Shown in pieces: positions 36,443 to 47,925 of a stretch of DNA of 64,000 nucleotides; position 1 is the stretch's first letter; every line of letters begins with the position of its first letter. The DNA is taken from assembly GCA_010093745.1 (NCBI GenBank), contig MU005965.1, positions 1 to 64,000 on the forward strand. Direction: 5' to 3'. Made by a program: the position numbers and the translations under genes. This stretch comes from Piedraia hortae CBS 480.64 (lineage: Eukaryota). The notes under the pieces were generated by a model, which ran no database searches, was not told the origin of the DNA, and worked only from the letters and a program-made list of their open reading frames with translations.

Positions 36443-37379
36443 GTCTTTTTTTCTGCCTTATCATTATAGCAACACATCCTATTCTTGCTTCCCATACATC
36501 CCAGTCAACGATCTAAGCACTTAGAACGATGTCATTACCACGAGCTCTATCAGCTCGGGACAGACATGCCAAAGCCCTTCGCAACGACCTCCTCAGCTCC
36601 CTGTACCTGCGAATCGCGGCCGGACTGGCTTTTTCGGGGTCCTCTGGGATTTTGAGACCTAGTCGTTTAGTGGGTGATGGCTTGGGGGTAGGGGAAGGTA
36701 CTCTAGCTGGGACGGTGGCTTTGCTTTTGGAGGTATTGGGGCCTCTTTCTGATTCGAGAGGGGATGCCCTAGGCCTTTAAGAGGCGGTGGTTTGAGGTTG
36801 ATGGGTGGGGGTTGGGGTGGGGGCCTTTGAGTTGAGGGTGAGAAGAGTAGAGTGGGTTACTGAAGTGGAAACTCTGTCTTCTGACAATGGGAGGGAAGGG
36901 AGGGTGGGGTGGCTATATAGGTATTGAGAATAGGACATCTTGAGGGGAACAGATGACCTCAGATGCAAGGTGAGAATCTACTGTTGTGCATTGGGGTTAA
37001 ATGCAGACCCGATTACAGGCAACGGGTGCTTTGATTCGGGTTATGTTATGGAGAGCATGTATGACTTCTGGGTGATGATATTCTTCCTGGAGTTGTAGCA
37101 TGGACATCAGGGTGGCCAAGATGTCAGGATGTCAGAATATCGTTAGGTCGGGAGGCATAGGTAGGTGACAAAAGCATGTATGTAGAATGTACGTAGGGTG
37201 GCAGGGATGATAAGTTAGCTAGAATAAAAAGTGTACATGGGGCTATTGGCAGGATTTTTAGCATATAGAGATAGCAGATATACCAAGCTCGAATGAATCA
37301 ATACAGCAAAAATTGTCTGAATAAGGTCGTTCAAAGAAAAGAGTAATGAATGCAATCTTAAGTAATTCCATTACAACCC

Positions 37380-39060
37380 CTAACACTGCAATAAATCTGC
37401 ACCCCCAGACCACACCCCTTCGCTGCCAGCATAACCCGTAACATTTCCAGAGTCCTCCTGAAAGACCAGGACCGGCATCGCCGAGCCGTCCGTATAATTC
37501 TTTACAAATGCGGCCCCGAGCCTCGTACCGGCAATGCCCGGTGTTTGCGAAATGATATTCGGATCGTCTGACGGAACCGTCTGATCACACGCGCCACCAA
37601 ACGAAAGGTTCCTCTGCAGGATCCTATTCTTATCGTCTTGGGTATAGAAGAGTGTGGCCTGGTTGCGTAGAAAAGTCTCATGGGGGGATATCTTGGAATC
37701 TACCTCGCAGAGAAGCTCCGAGTTGGGATTCATATTTTTGTAATCCCTATCCCAGATTTGGATTGTCGAGTTTTGGGTAAAAAACATTACTTCCATGGGT
37801 TTGTCGTTGTCGCGTTGGTAGCATCCTATGGCGTTGTCGATGTCGATGTTGGAGATGGATGAACGATACATCCACGTCGAATTTTGGTAGAGCCACTCGT
37901 CCAGAGATGTTGAGTTTGTGCTAAAGTAGAGTAGCATGCCTTCGGCGCTCAAGGCCGTATTGGACGAGGAAACAAAGTAGACGAATGGGCAGGCGCGTAG
38001 GGCGCGGCCATTGGATACTCCTGTTGGAGGGGATCCCGGACTGATAGATCTGTCAATTGGTGTGTTTGTTTCGAAGACTAGCTCGCGGATGTAGGAGTCA
38101 TAGTCCATATCTCACCGAAGTTAGACGGGGATTGCTCCGCACAGATTGAAAGACACTTACAGAAGAGGTGAATGCCAAGGCCGTCGATCACGGCATGCAG
38201 ATTGGTGCGTGGTTTGGCCGAGATTACAATGGGGAGGTCTTTCGGGGCCCACGTCCCATTCAACAGCAGCCGAAGCTGTCGGATGGAGCCGTTGGGTTCC
38301 TGATAGTAGAGTCGCGCAACATCGTCTTTGGTCGGCCATTCGCTGTCGGACGATGCTCGCGAAATCAATGTAAGGCCTGTTCCGCTTATGGCTTGTTCAA
38401 GCGTTTTGATGTTTGCCTTGGGTTTGCAGTTCACCGCCGCAAAGAGGGATGTAGGTGTGGCTGGGGCCGAAGTCCTGGTCGTCGATGATCGAGCAGAACT
38501 TGGGCTTGATGTTGTCCTAGACGGTGATGAGGGTCTTCATTGATCAGTAGTTGTTCGTACTGAAGAAGCAAAGACTCACGACTTGTTGTGTTTAAGTCCC
38601 AAGCCTACCCCGAGCCCGACTCCAAGGCCTACAACAATGGCCAGTAATAAAAGCAGAATCAGGCCAAAACAAAGCTTCGACATGCCGCAAGTTCTGCCAT
38701 TATTACGCCTTGATGATGACTTCTCTGAATATGGCTTAATGGTCCCATCTTCAGATTGAAAGGGCACCGAGGACACTGGCGTTGGAGTCCCATTTTGCCA
38801 ATTTTCGTACGGGATCGGCAGAACCCTTGAGTCTCTTGGCCGCCCAGGAATCGGATACGACGTGTCTGGGTATGATACTGGTGACTCTAAACATTCTGGA
38901 GCCGAAGCCGCTGGGTCGCATTCCAGTCCATCTGGACACTTTTTCTCCAGCAGGTTGTCCTGCGGATGGTGGTTACGACTATGCCTAGTTAGCTTGCAAC
39001 AAGTTGGACACTAAGCTCGACCTACTTTTCGGTGAATCTCGATCTCAGCCAACTCCCCAT
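37380..39060 (-). CDS. Single-pass membrane protein with a fungal fucose-specific-lectin-like beta-propeller; about 4 exons (intron 1 38985-39025)
   Basis: TM LILLLLLAIVVGLGVGLGVGL, S/T-rich stalk, repeats such as GTGLT..ARLYYQEPNGSIRQL..W and GTRLGA..VLVFQEDSGNV. Confidence 0.65.
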
Positions 39061-39788
39061 GGTTCAATGAGTGTTAGAAAGTGTCTTGCCAACTTTTATG
39101 TTTCGGTTCCAAATTAAAGGATCCGTCTTTCCGCAGCCTTGTTGCATCTCACACGTGAACTTCTAGGTTGTTGAATGGATGGCTGTGCAAGCTTTGGTTG
39201 CACAAACTTCCTTCGGAAGTCATACCGTTCAAGGTCCTTCGATAATTGTAAGAAATCTCCATTGAACTAGCACGTTTGGACTCTTCAAGCATAGGAAAAT
39301 CCAAGAGCGAACCCTGTCCTTCATTCAAAGTCTGCTTCAACGATGTCGCTAAACGATAAGTGTGGCTTGACGCCACGGCCGAAGGATTTATCCTAAGCGA
39401 GCCCCGGGATAATGTAAAGGATTCGAGTAGGAGATTTTCTGCAACCATTGGCTGTCGTTGGGCTCCTTTTAAAGTTAATCAATCCTTGGTTGGACGCGTT
39501 TCCTGGGATTTATCGGGGACTTGCGCCCAGCAAAACACCTGCACTGCCAGACTGTCGACAGAGTAGAATGTATGTAGATGGTGAAAGGTTTGGCACTCTA
39601 TTCTTAGTAGCAGCCCTTGCATATATTGCATATGTGCAAACATCGATGCATCATCCCGCAGGAACGAACACCAGTTCCCAATGTTACGCTATAACGTTGA
39701 GAAACTGGGGTGCATTCTCGTCAGGCAGGTTAGCACAGCCTTGGCACATCCACACAGAACCAACTTCTGCCCATCCTATATCGAAAGA

Positions 39789-41018
39789 TCACGCCTGCTC
39801 CGCCCAACTAACCCACCTCCTCACACATTCGTCCACCTCTTTAACACCCCTCTTCGACGCCTCAACTTCGAACCACTCCCTGTGCTCTTTCCCACACGCA
39901 TCACATGTGGTCAGAACCCTCTTCTCTGCCAACTCCAAATGCACTAACCTCTCTACCCTTTTAACATGCCTGACTTTTCCCACCTGCAAGCCAGCTGTTG
40001 AAGCGTAATAAGGATACCACCTGACCAAGTTGAGCGTATATCCGCATTGACGCTCCCACTCGTTCATGCGTCGAGTGACGTTGTTTGCTCGTCCGATTTT
40101 AAGTTTTATGCTATGCGATGGCTTGCCCCGGGTGGAAGAGGTGGAGAACTCGGAGAGGACGTCGCTGATGCGGCGTTCTCTGGGCCCGGCACCTTTGGCT
40201 GGAGAAAGGAGCGAGCGAGAGGTCTCGTCTCCCGGCGCAGGTTGTGATTGGGGTGTCAGCCAGAAGATGTAAATGTAGCCTTCTTCGTCGTTGGCGGGAA
40301 AGGGTTTGACGAGCTCGTTGAGGATGGACGAGGTGGTGGTTATGGAGAGATTGGGTGGAATCAGTGAGAGTATTTTCTGGTTATCTGATGGTGGCTTGGA
40401 AGTGTTCTCTGGGTGTGGTTGGGGTCTGACTGCACTACTGGGTTTGGCAGCACTGCTAGGTCTGGCGCCATTGCCAGGTCTTTGCTGCTGAACTCGATGC
40501 TCGTGTCTGACAATTTCAAGGTAATCGTCATCACTGTGCTCCGTAATGCAGCACAGGCTTGCCCAAAAACTCGGCTTCTTTTTCCTTTGCTCTTTTCTTC
40601 GGCTAGATAAAGGTGATTGCCGCGGATCCTCCTCGACCATTGGGGGGTTTGACGGCTTAGCATTGGATCTCTCCTCAATGTTAAGCCTTTCCATCAAAGT
40701 GTCAATAGAAGTCCTCTGTTTTAGAGGGAGGATCGGAGCCTGAGCTGGGAGTTGAGCCCGAGCCTGGTCCTTGTGCTGCCAGCAGTAGAAGTCTGCATTT
40801 CCTTTGGAAGAAAGAGCCGCAACGCCGCCGGCTCCGCCCTTCAAGATCCTGCCTGAATCTACTGCCAGAGCTCTTCTGCATGGCCTTCCAGATGTTGTAA
40901 TGCCTTTGCAAGTTGTGTCGGGGTTTTTGGAATCGTTTCTACCCAAAAGAGCTTCGGGGGTGATGCTTGGATGGAAGCGGGACATGGAAGCAGATGATGG
41001 GAGAAATTGATAGGACAT
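39789..41018 (-). CDS. DUF1766 / T5orf172 / Mug113-domain (GIY-YIG-like) protein
   Basis: CKGITTSGRPCRR..FYCWQHKDQ, GYIYIFW, KIGRANNVTRRMNEWERQCG, RVERLVHLEL, CGKEHREWF. Confidence 0.88.
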   Translation of the reverse strand: MSYQFLPSSASMSRFHPSITPEALLGRNDSKNPDTTCKGITTSGRPCRRALAVDSGRILKGGAGGVAALSSKGNADFYCWQHKDQARAQLPAQAPILPLKQRTSIDTLMERLNIEERSNAKPSNPPMVEEDPRQSPLSSRRKEQRKKKPSFWASLCCITEHSDDDYLEIVRHEHRVQQQRPGNGARPSSAAKPSSAVRPQPHPENTSKPPSDNQKILSLIPPNLSITTTSSILNELVKPFPANDEEGYIYIFWLTPQSQPAPGDETSRSLLSPAKGAGPRERRISDVLSEFSTSSTRGKPSHSIKLKIGRANNVTRRMNEWERQCGYTLNLVRWYPYYASTAGLQVGKVRHVKRVERLVHLELAEKRVLTTCDACGKEHREWFEVEASKRGVKEVDECVRRWVSWAEQA

Positions 41019-41177
41019 TTTTACAGAAGACCTACGAGGGCAACGCCTACTTATTACCTGCCGACGTTGAGGGGCGTCAACGTCGAGTGACTGATCTGCG
41101 TGATCGTGGCTGGGAGTGGCTTGCCTGAATATTTTTAATTTGGGGTATTTGCCGTACGACATCGTAACACAAACAGT

Positions 41178-42131
41178 CTAGCCCGTTTCGCGGAACAAAT
41201 GTGCCGTAATTTCATTGATCCATCCGTCATCCAGCGGAAACTCTCTCCCCCCGTTGGGCTGTAGACCAATGAATTCGAATGAGTCTACGACTTGTGGAAC
41301 GCTGAAACCCATGGCCACGAACCTGTCCGTCATGGCTTTGTTATATCCGCGATACGCGTCGTGGGATGCCCTGGGCTGGGAGTGAGACGGAGCCGTGGAA
41401 CTTTTGGACGCTGATACGTTTCGGGAAGACCCTGCCATAGATGGATGAGCTGCGGCACTTCTTGAATAAGTGTGAGATGATGACCATGCCGCGCTTCTCG
41501 ATGTCCCCATTGTTGACGACCCCACGGGAGTTCTGGATGGCGCAGCGGCACTCTTTGACGTCCCTGTGGCATGCTTCGACGATCCTCCAGCACTCTTGGA
41601 CGATCCTGCAGCAACCGATGATCCTGGAACAGTATGCTTGGAGCCACTAGTGGTGGCTGGGGCTTTGGCATACTTGATCGCCCACGATTTCGCCTTCTTC
41701 TTGTACTCTCGTGGGTTATGAATCAGCATGCGGGCGACCTCGGCATCCTGCGGGTCGTCTGGCTGTGGGCTCTGTAAGAGGCTCTGCAACGAAATGATCG
41801 TGCTCTTAAGCGTCAACACCGGGCTCCAGGCATCCTTTAGAATGTCGAGACAGATGGCCCCCGTCTGACTGCTGATGTTGGGGTGCCAAATCTTGGTGAT
41901 GAACTTCATGTCTGGCGCCTTGAAGGGGTAATCGCTGCCGATCTTGATCTCAACCTCGTAGCAGCCGCCTTCAAATGGCGTGTCAGGCGGTCCGCGGAAG
42001 GTCCCCTTGAAGTGGGTAAGGTCAGACACCGGGCTGCCATCCATGGAGGTGATGGTCACACCGCAGACGGTATCCTTCGCAACATCTTCGATCTCGCGTT
42101 GGAGACGCCTTGTTTGATGGGCTCCAGGCAT
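41178..42131 (-). CDS. UBC1: Ubiquitin-conjugating enzyme Ubc1/E2-25K with a long S/A/G linker and UBA-like tail
   Basis: WHPNISSQTGAICLDIL, DDPQDAEVA, DRFVAMGF. Confidence 0.93.
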   Translation of the reverse strand: MPGAHQTRRLQREIEDVAKDTVCGVTITSMDGSPVSDLTHFKGTFRGPPDTPFEGGCYEVEIKIGSDYPFKAPDMKFITKIWHPNISSQTGAICLDILKDAWSPVLTLKSTIISLQSLLQSPQPDDPQDAEVARMLIHNPREYKKKAKSWAIKYAKAPATTSGSKHTVPGSSVAAGSSKSAGGSSKHATGTSKSAAAPSRTPVGSSTMGTSRSAAWSSSHTYSRSAAAHPSMAGSSRNVSASKSSTAPSHSQPRASHDAYRGYNKAMTDRFVAMGFSVPQVVDSFEFIGLQPNGGREFPLDDGWINEITAHLFRETG

Positions 42132-42340
42132 GTTTGTAGAACGGAGAGTGCAGAACCTCGCCTTTACCGTTGCGTGGCAGAGGCGCGGTGAATAGCGGTT
42201 GCATTACGTAACATGTCCACATGCTTAGTCATTGTCGCACGCTAGTCGTGTGTTGCGCTTACTAATCGTTATCGCGTCACGCTTAGTCATGGTTCGGAAC
42301 TCAGCACGCACCGCTGCACAGCTCCTACACTGTAATCATC

Positions 42341-43785
42341 ATGGTAAGTGCCACGGCTGAGCTGCTGAACGTTGCTGATTGGTCCAGGGCCAAGGTCAAT
42401 CAGGACTCGGAGGTCCTGGCGGTCCTCCTGGCGGCGCGGGCGACAATAAGGACAAGAAGAACAAGAAGGATAAGCCAAAGTACGAGCCGCCGCAACCCAC
42501 CACGCGCATCGGCCGCAAAAAGAAGCGACAGACGGGTCCAAATGCGGCGGCCAAACTGCCTAACGTCTATCCGACGGCCCGCTGCAAACTCCGCCACCTG
42601 CGCATGCAGCGCATTCACGACCATCTGCTACTGGAGGAGGAGTTTGTCGAGAACCAGGAGCGCATCCGCAAAGCCAAGGCAGCCAACACGTTGCTGCCTG
42701 CATCGGCCGGCGGCGATAGCGATGCTATGGACCGCAATGCGGACGAGCGGAGCCGCGTAGACGACATCCGCGGGTCGCCAATGGGCGTCGGGACGCTGGA
42801 GGAACTGATTGATGATGACCATGCCATTGTCTCGTCAGCCACCGGCCCTGAATTTTACGTGTCCATCATGTCCTTCGTCGACAAGGACCTCCTAGAGCCC
42901 GGTGCTTCGGTGCTGCTGCATCACAAGTCGGTAGCCGTAGTTGGTGTGCTGACCGACGATGCCGACCCGCTGGTGTCGGTGATGAAGCTGGATAAGGCAC
43001 CAACAGAATCCTATGCCGATATCGGCGGCCTGGAGCAGCAGATCCAGGAGGTGCGTGAGGCAGTCGAGTTGCCGCTGATGCACCCGGAGCTCTACGAGGA
43101 AATGGGTATCAAACCACCCAAAGGAGTCATTCTCTATGGAGCACCAGGCACAGGAAAGACGCTGTTGGCCAAGGCTGTAGCGAACCAGACCTCGGCCACC
43201 TTTTTGCGTATCGTTGGCTCAGAACTCATCCAAAAATACCTCGGAGACGGCCCCCGCTTGGTCCGACAATTGTTCCAAGTTGCGGCCGAGAATGCGCCGT
43301 CGATTGTCTTCATTGATGAGATTGATGCCATTGGCACAAAGCGCTATGAGTCTACTTCTGGCGGCGAACGTGAAATTCAGAGAACTATGCTGGAATTGCT
43401 GAATCAGCTGGATGGCTTCGATGACCGTGGTGATGTCAAGGTCATTATGGCTACCAACAAAATTGAGACTTTAGATCCCGCCCTCATCAGACCAGGACGT
43501 ATCGATCGAAAAATCTTATTTGAAAATCCCGACCAGAACACAAAGAGAAAGATTTTCACGTTGCTCACTGACAAGATGACGCTGGCACCAGATGTCGATC
43601 TGGAAGAGTTGATTGCGCAAAAAGACGACCTCAGCGGGGCCGACATTCGGGCAATATGTTCAGAGGCCGGTCTACTGGCTCTACGAGAGAGGAGAATGAG
43701 GGTTAATATGGCCGACTTCCGGGCGGCGAGGGAGAATGTACTAAAGACGAAGAGCGAGGGAGAGCCAGAGGGTCTGTACTTGTAG
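42341..43785 (+). CDS. RPT2: 26S proteasome ATPase Rpt2; first coding exon is the ATG only, intron 42344-42387
   Basis: M-GQGQSG start, [36 protein letters not shown]-terminal EGLYL. Confidence 0.98.
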
Positions 43786-44445
43786 TGTATTCATTCTCCA
43801 GATGCAATAATCAAAGTGGCCGGTTCGGTCCAAACCTTTTTTCCAAGTCAGCAAGACCAAATACCAAGACGCTGTGCAAAGCCAACTGCGATTCTTGTTA
43901 AAGATCAGGCGACGGACCGTGACGTGTCATGGCACCCCACGGTCCGTCTTTTGGTCTTTCGGACAACCGTGTCGTGGCCACGTGGGAGCGTCCCACGAAG
44001 CCTTGGTTGCAAAGAAGGTACATGGGACAACATAAAGCAACGGGTGGGAAGAGGAAGCTCGACATGTTGACGCAATGCAGTTCAACGGCACACGACATGG
44101 GAGATCACGAGACAAACAGACGGCGCTTGTCAATTCGTCTACAACGAACATTTGTTACAGGTCGGTTAACCAGCCGTTCGCGGCCGCGGCTAATATGAAA
44201 CAATCAGAATACATGCCTTCAACAGGGGCTTGGCAAAGTAAATAAATCCCCGACCATCTCCGGTTGGCCGAGCGACCGTCAGACTTCACCTCTTGCCACA
44301 ACATCGCGGTCAGCCACAGCGCTAGGCCAACGTCGCCGTGGCGATTGATTGCGGTGCCGTAAGCCAGTTAGAGTAGTTTGTTTCCAGCCTCCGTCTCATC
44401 TTTTCTTTTCTCCTTCTACCATCAGCTAGACTGATATACCTCGTA

Positions 44446-46565
44446 ATGTCTTTAACAAGCTTGCAACAAGCAGGCTCCTCTAGCTGGGGCTTGCTGAAGC
44501 AGGCCACTTTCCCTCAATGGCTGGGTGATTCCAAGACGGCTCCTTGGGGCAGCTGCACGGTGTCCAGCTGCCACTACACCAATCCTGACCAAGTTCCTGT
44601 GACGGCGGACACACGCAAATATGAATTCACAATTTCACGCAGTGTCATATACGCTGACGGAGTTGCGCGGGATGTGATTCTCGTCAATGACCAGTTTCCG
44701 GGCCCCGTCATCGAGGCTAACTGGGGCGATTGGGTGGAAGTCAAAGTGAATAATAACATAACCTCTCCAGAAGAAGGCACTTCTTTACATTGGCATGGCC
44801 AGCCGCTGGCCAATACACCGTGGGAGGATGGTGTCAGTGGCATCAGCCAATGTCCCATTGCGCCAGGCACAAGTTTCACCTACAGATGGCGAGCCGAAGC
44901 ACACGGAACTTCTTGGTACCATGCCCACATGAGTGCTCAGTATGCGGCCGGTGTGGCCGGCCCAATGATAGTCTACGGCCCAACCTCACAGGAATACGAT
45001 ATCGACGTCGGGCCTGTGATGCTCAGTGACTGGTATCATATCCCCTATTTTGCCCTCGTCAAAGATGCCGTTGGCAAGAACTATTCGGTTATACCGCCAG
45101 TCAGCGATTCTGTCCTCATAAACGGCCGTGGACAGTTTGACTGCAACAGTCCAACGTTTGACGAGTCCAATGACTCTCTTTCGTCGTCTGTCAATTCTAA
45201 TCTGACCTGGACCTGCGTGCCCAACGCACCCGTGTCCCGCTTCCGTTTCCAAAGTGGCAAGGTGCACCGCTTGCGTCTGATCAACCACGGCGCGAACGGT
45301 GTACAGAAATTCTCCATTGATCGCCACGTTCTGCGGGTCATTGCCTATGATTATGTCCCCGTCGAGCCTTACGACACCAAAGTCGTGACTCTCGGCGTTG
45401 GCCAACGTGCAGATGTCCTAGTCGACGGGCTCGACGACCCGCAGGCAGCCGTATGGATGCGCACTTCAGCCCCAGGCGGCGAAGCATGCGGAGGCTCCAG
45501 CTCACCAGACGCAAAGGCGGCGGTCTACTACGAATCCGCCCGGGCAAACGCCGATCCGGGTACCGACAACGACGCCAGCTGGGCCGATCAGTTCCAATGT
45601 CGCAACGAGGACCTTTCGTTGACCCGTCCATCATATCGAGCCGACCCGATCCCATACACGGACAGCTCCGTCGTAGTCCAGAACATCGACCTCACCCTCG
45701 TTTTAAACGGAACCGGTCACTTCGAGTTCCGCGTTAATGGACGCGCGTTGCGGGCCAACGAGAGCGATCCCCTCCTCGGCATAGTCGGCAGCAAAGAACT
45801 AATCGGCAAGGACTGGAACGTCTTTGACCTGACTCCCAAGTCTCCCAAAGCAGTCGTCTTCAACCTAACCAACAACATGCCACTGGTAAGTTCCTTTAGA
45901 CCGCGAAGCATCCCTCTTTCTGACCAAAACCCCCTCAACAGACCCACCCCTTCCACCTCCACGGCCACGAATTCTCCATCCTCTCCCTCGGCGGGCCCAT
46001 AGAATTCAACTCCTCCGTCCCCTCCACCCCGAACGGCATCTCCCCCGACTTCGAAGCAGCATGGACCTGGCCTGGCGACGTTCCCATTACCAAAAACCCC
46101 ATGCGTCGCGACAGCGTTCTAATCCCGCCCTACGGCTTCGCCGTCGTACAATTCGAACTCATAAACCCCGGTGTCTGGCCCTTCCACTGCCACGTCGCTT
46201 GGCACCTCTCGGGCGGCCAGGGCTGGAACGTTGTCTATGGCTTCCCCGACCTACATGTGGAGCAGGCACTTCCGGATGAAGGGTCCGGTGACCCTAATGC
46301 CGGGAAAGGCGGTACGCAGGACGAGGGCGGCGCGATGTGGGGACATGACAACTCGAATATCCCCAAGAGAAGGGGGAAGAGGACTGCGCCTGTGCCGGGA
46401 CGAATGGCGAGTTATAGCGGGAAGATGAGTCTTATGAGTAAAGAGGCGCAGGATGGAAGGGGAATTCAAGATATGCCGAGTGACTGGCTTGAGAGTACGT
46501 GTAAATCGTGGAGCGATTGGGTGAGTAAGAATGGTGGGTCGGGGATTATTGATTCTGCTTCGTGA
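44446..46565 (+). CDS. Laccase-like multicopper oxidase; intron 45886-45941; 5' end uncertain
   Basis: HWHG, WYHAH, HPFHLHGH (after splicing), WPFHCHVAWH; C-terminus IDSAS. Confidence 0.93.
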
Positions 46566-46852
46566 GTGGGTTTTGCCCAGTGTTGGGGGGGGGGGGGGAA
46601 AGGACGGGTTAATGATTTTCTTTTGATGGGTTTTGATACATGCATTTACGTAGCGGGTATGTATTTCTTATGGGTTATTGGACGACGATTTATGTTTCGA
46701 GAAAAGTCTATATGTATTTGAAAAACCCTCGCTAGATTGCACCTAGAGAATGCTGTCTCGTGGGCCTCGTCCCTCTGTCTCCGCGCGTAGAACTTGATTT
46801 ACAGGACCCTACTATGTGTAGGTTCAGAACGGTGAATGTCTCAATACTCCTC

Positions 46853-47925
46853 CGGCCGGCCGCCCCGCCTAAATCGCTAGGGTAATCTTTAGAAAAAGCT
46901 AGGGTATCTGACTGCATTAGGAAGTTCGCTAGCCCATTTCAGTAAAGTGCCGCGGAAGGACTCGTACGCGTTATCTGATTAGCTACCTGATGCCCCCTTC
47001 TGGAGAGCCTGTACGAGGCGGTGGCATGTCGATCGTATGATCGACATTTTTGTCGCTAAAAGATTAGTTGTTTTCTTGTATATAGTTCCGCCCGCCGGCT
47101 CGGGCGGGCAGTCGCGTCGTCTTTCTTTCATCGCTGTTTACTGTCCACACCAGCGATAGCCTGCTACTGTAGCACGGTGAGTCCTGGGTCTAGATAGGGT
47201 GTCTGAGGCTTCGCAGGGTTTTCTACCTCACAGAGAAATTTTTTCCTGTGACGAGGTCACATAACTGCGTGGTCTCAGCGAATGCGGTCCAGCCCACTGT
47301 GGGTCTGCGGGGGATGTTTCCAGCGTTACCTCTCTGCATGTAAACACACGCCCACACAGACACACAATTACACACACCTTTTCGCCCAGACTTCACCTGC
47401 ATGTTCCAGTGCTCTCTCTATCTGAGACTTAATTAGAAGGAAGCATATTTCGAGTCCTAGATACCAAACGGGCAAGCAGGTAGATGATCAACTTAACGAG
47501 CCAACACAGCCTGTGGTACGCGCGGGCGTGGGAGGAGAGTTAGAGCCAGTCCGGGGCAAGCACAAATCTCTGTAGCTTCTGCGGACGAAATGTACGGTAG
47601 GCATTTGCACAGTTATGAACCGAGATGCAAGCCTGGCGTGAATCGCTCTTGGAACCCCTATGTTGACCTCGTGGGCCAGAACAGGCCGAGGATACCCGGG
47701 ACATCGGATCCTTGGTATCCCGGAGCCTACCTGCTTGCCTTAGGGGTGTATTGACGTGATTTCAGGCTCAGATACAGGCAATGGCTACAGCAATGGGCAA
47801 GAGGTGAAGATGGTACGGGTCCTTCCGCGACACCATTCCAGTATTGCTTGGCGACCTTCCCAATGCGGTTAGATACCCTAGCTTTTTCTCAAAATTACCT
47901 CAGCGATTTAGGCGGGGTGCCGGCC
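46853..47925. repeat. Pair of about 115-bp inverted repeats (46853-46967 and 47813-47925), probably transposon fragments, flanking another LTR-like remnant
   Basis: cgccccgcctaaatcgct...aaaaagctagggtatct versus agataccctagcttttt...agcgatttaggcggggtg; shared LTR motif at 47214-47287 between them. Confidence 0.7.
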
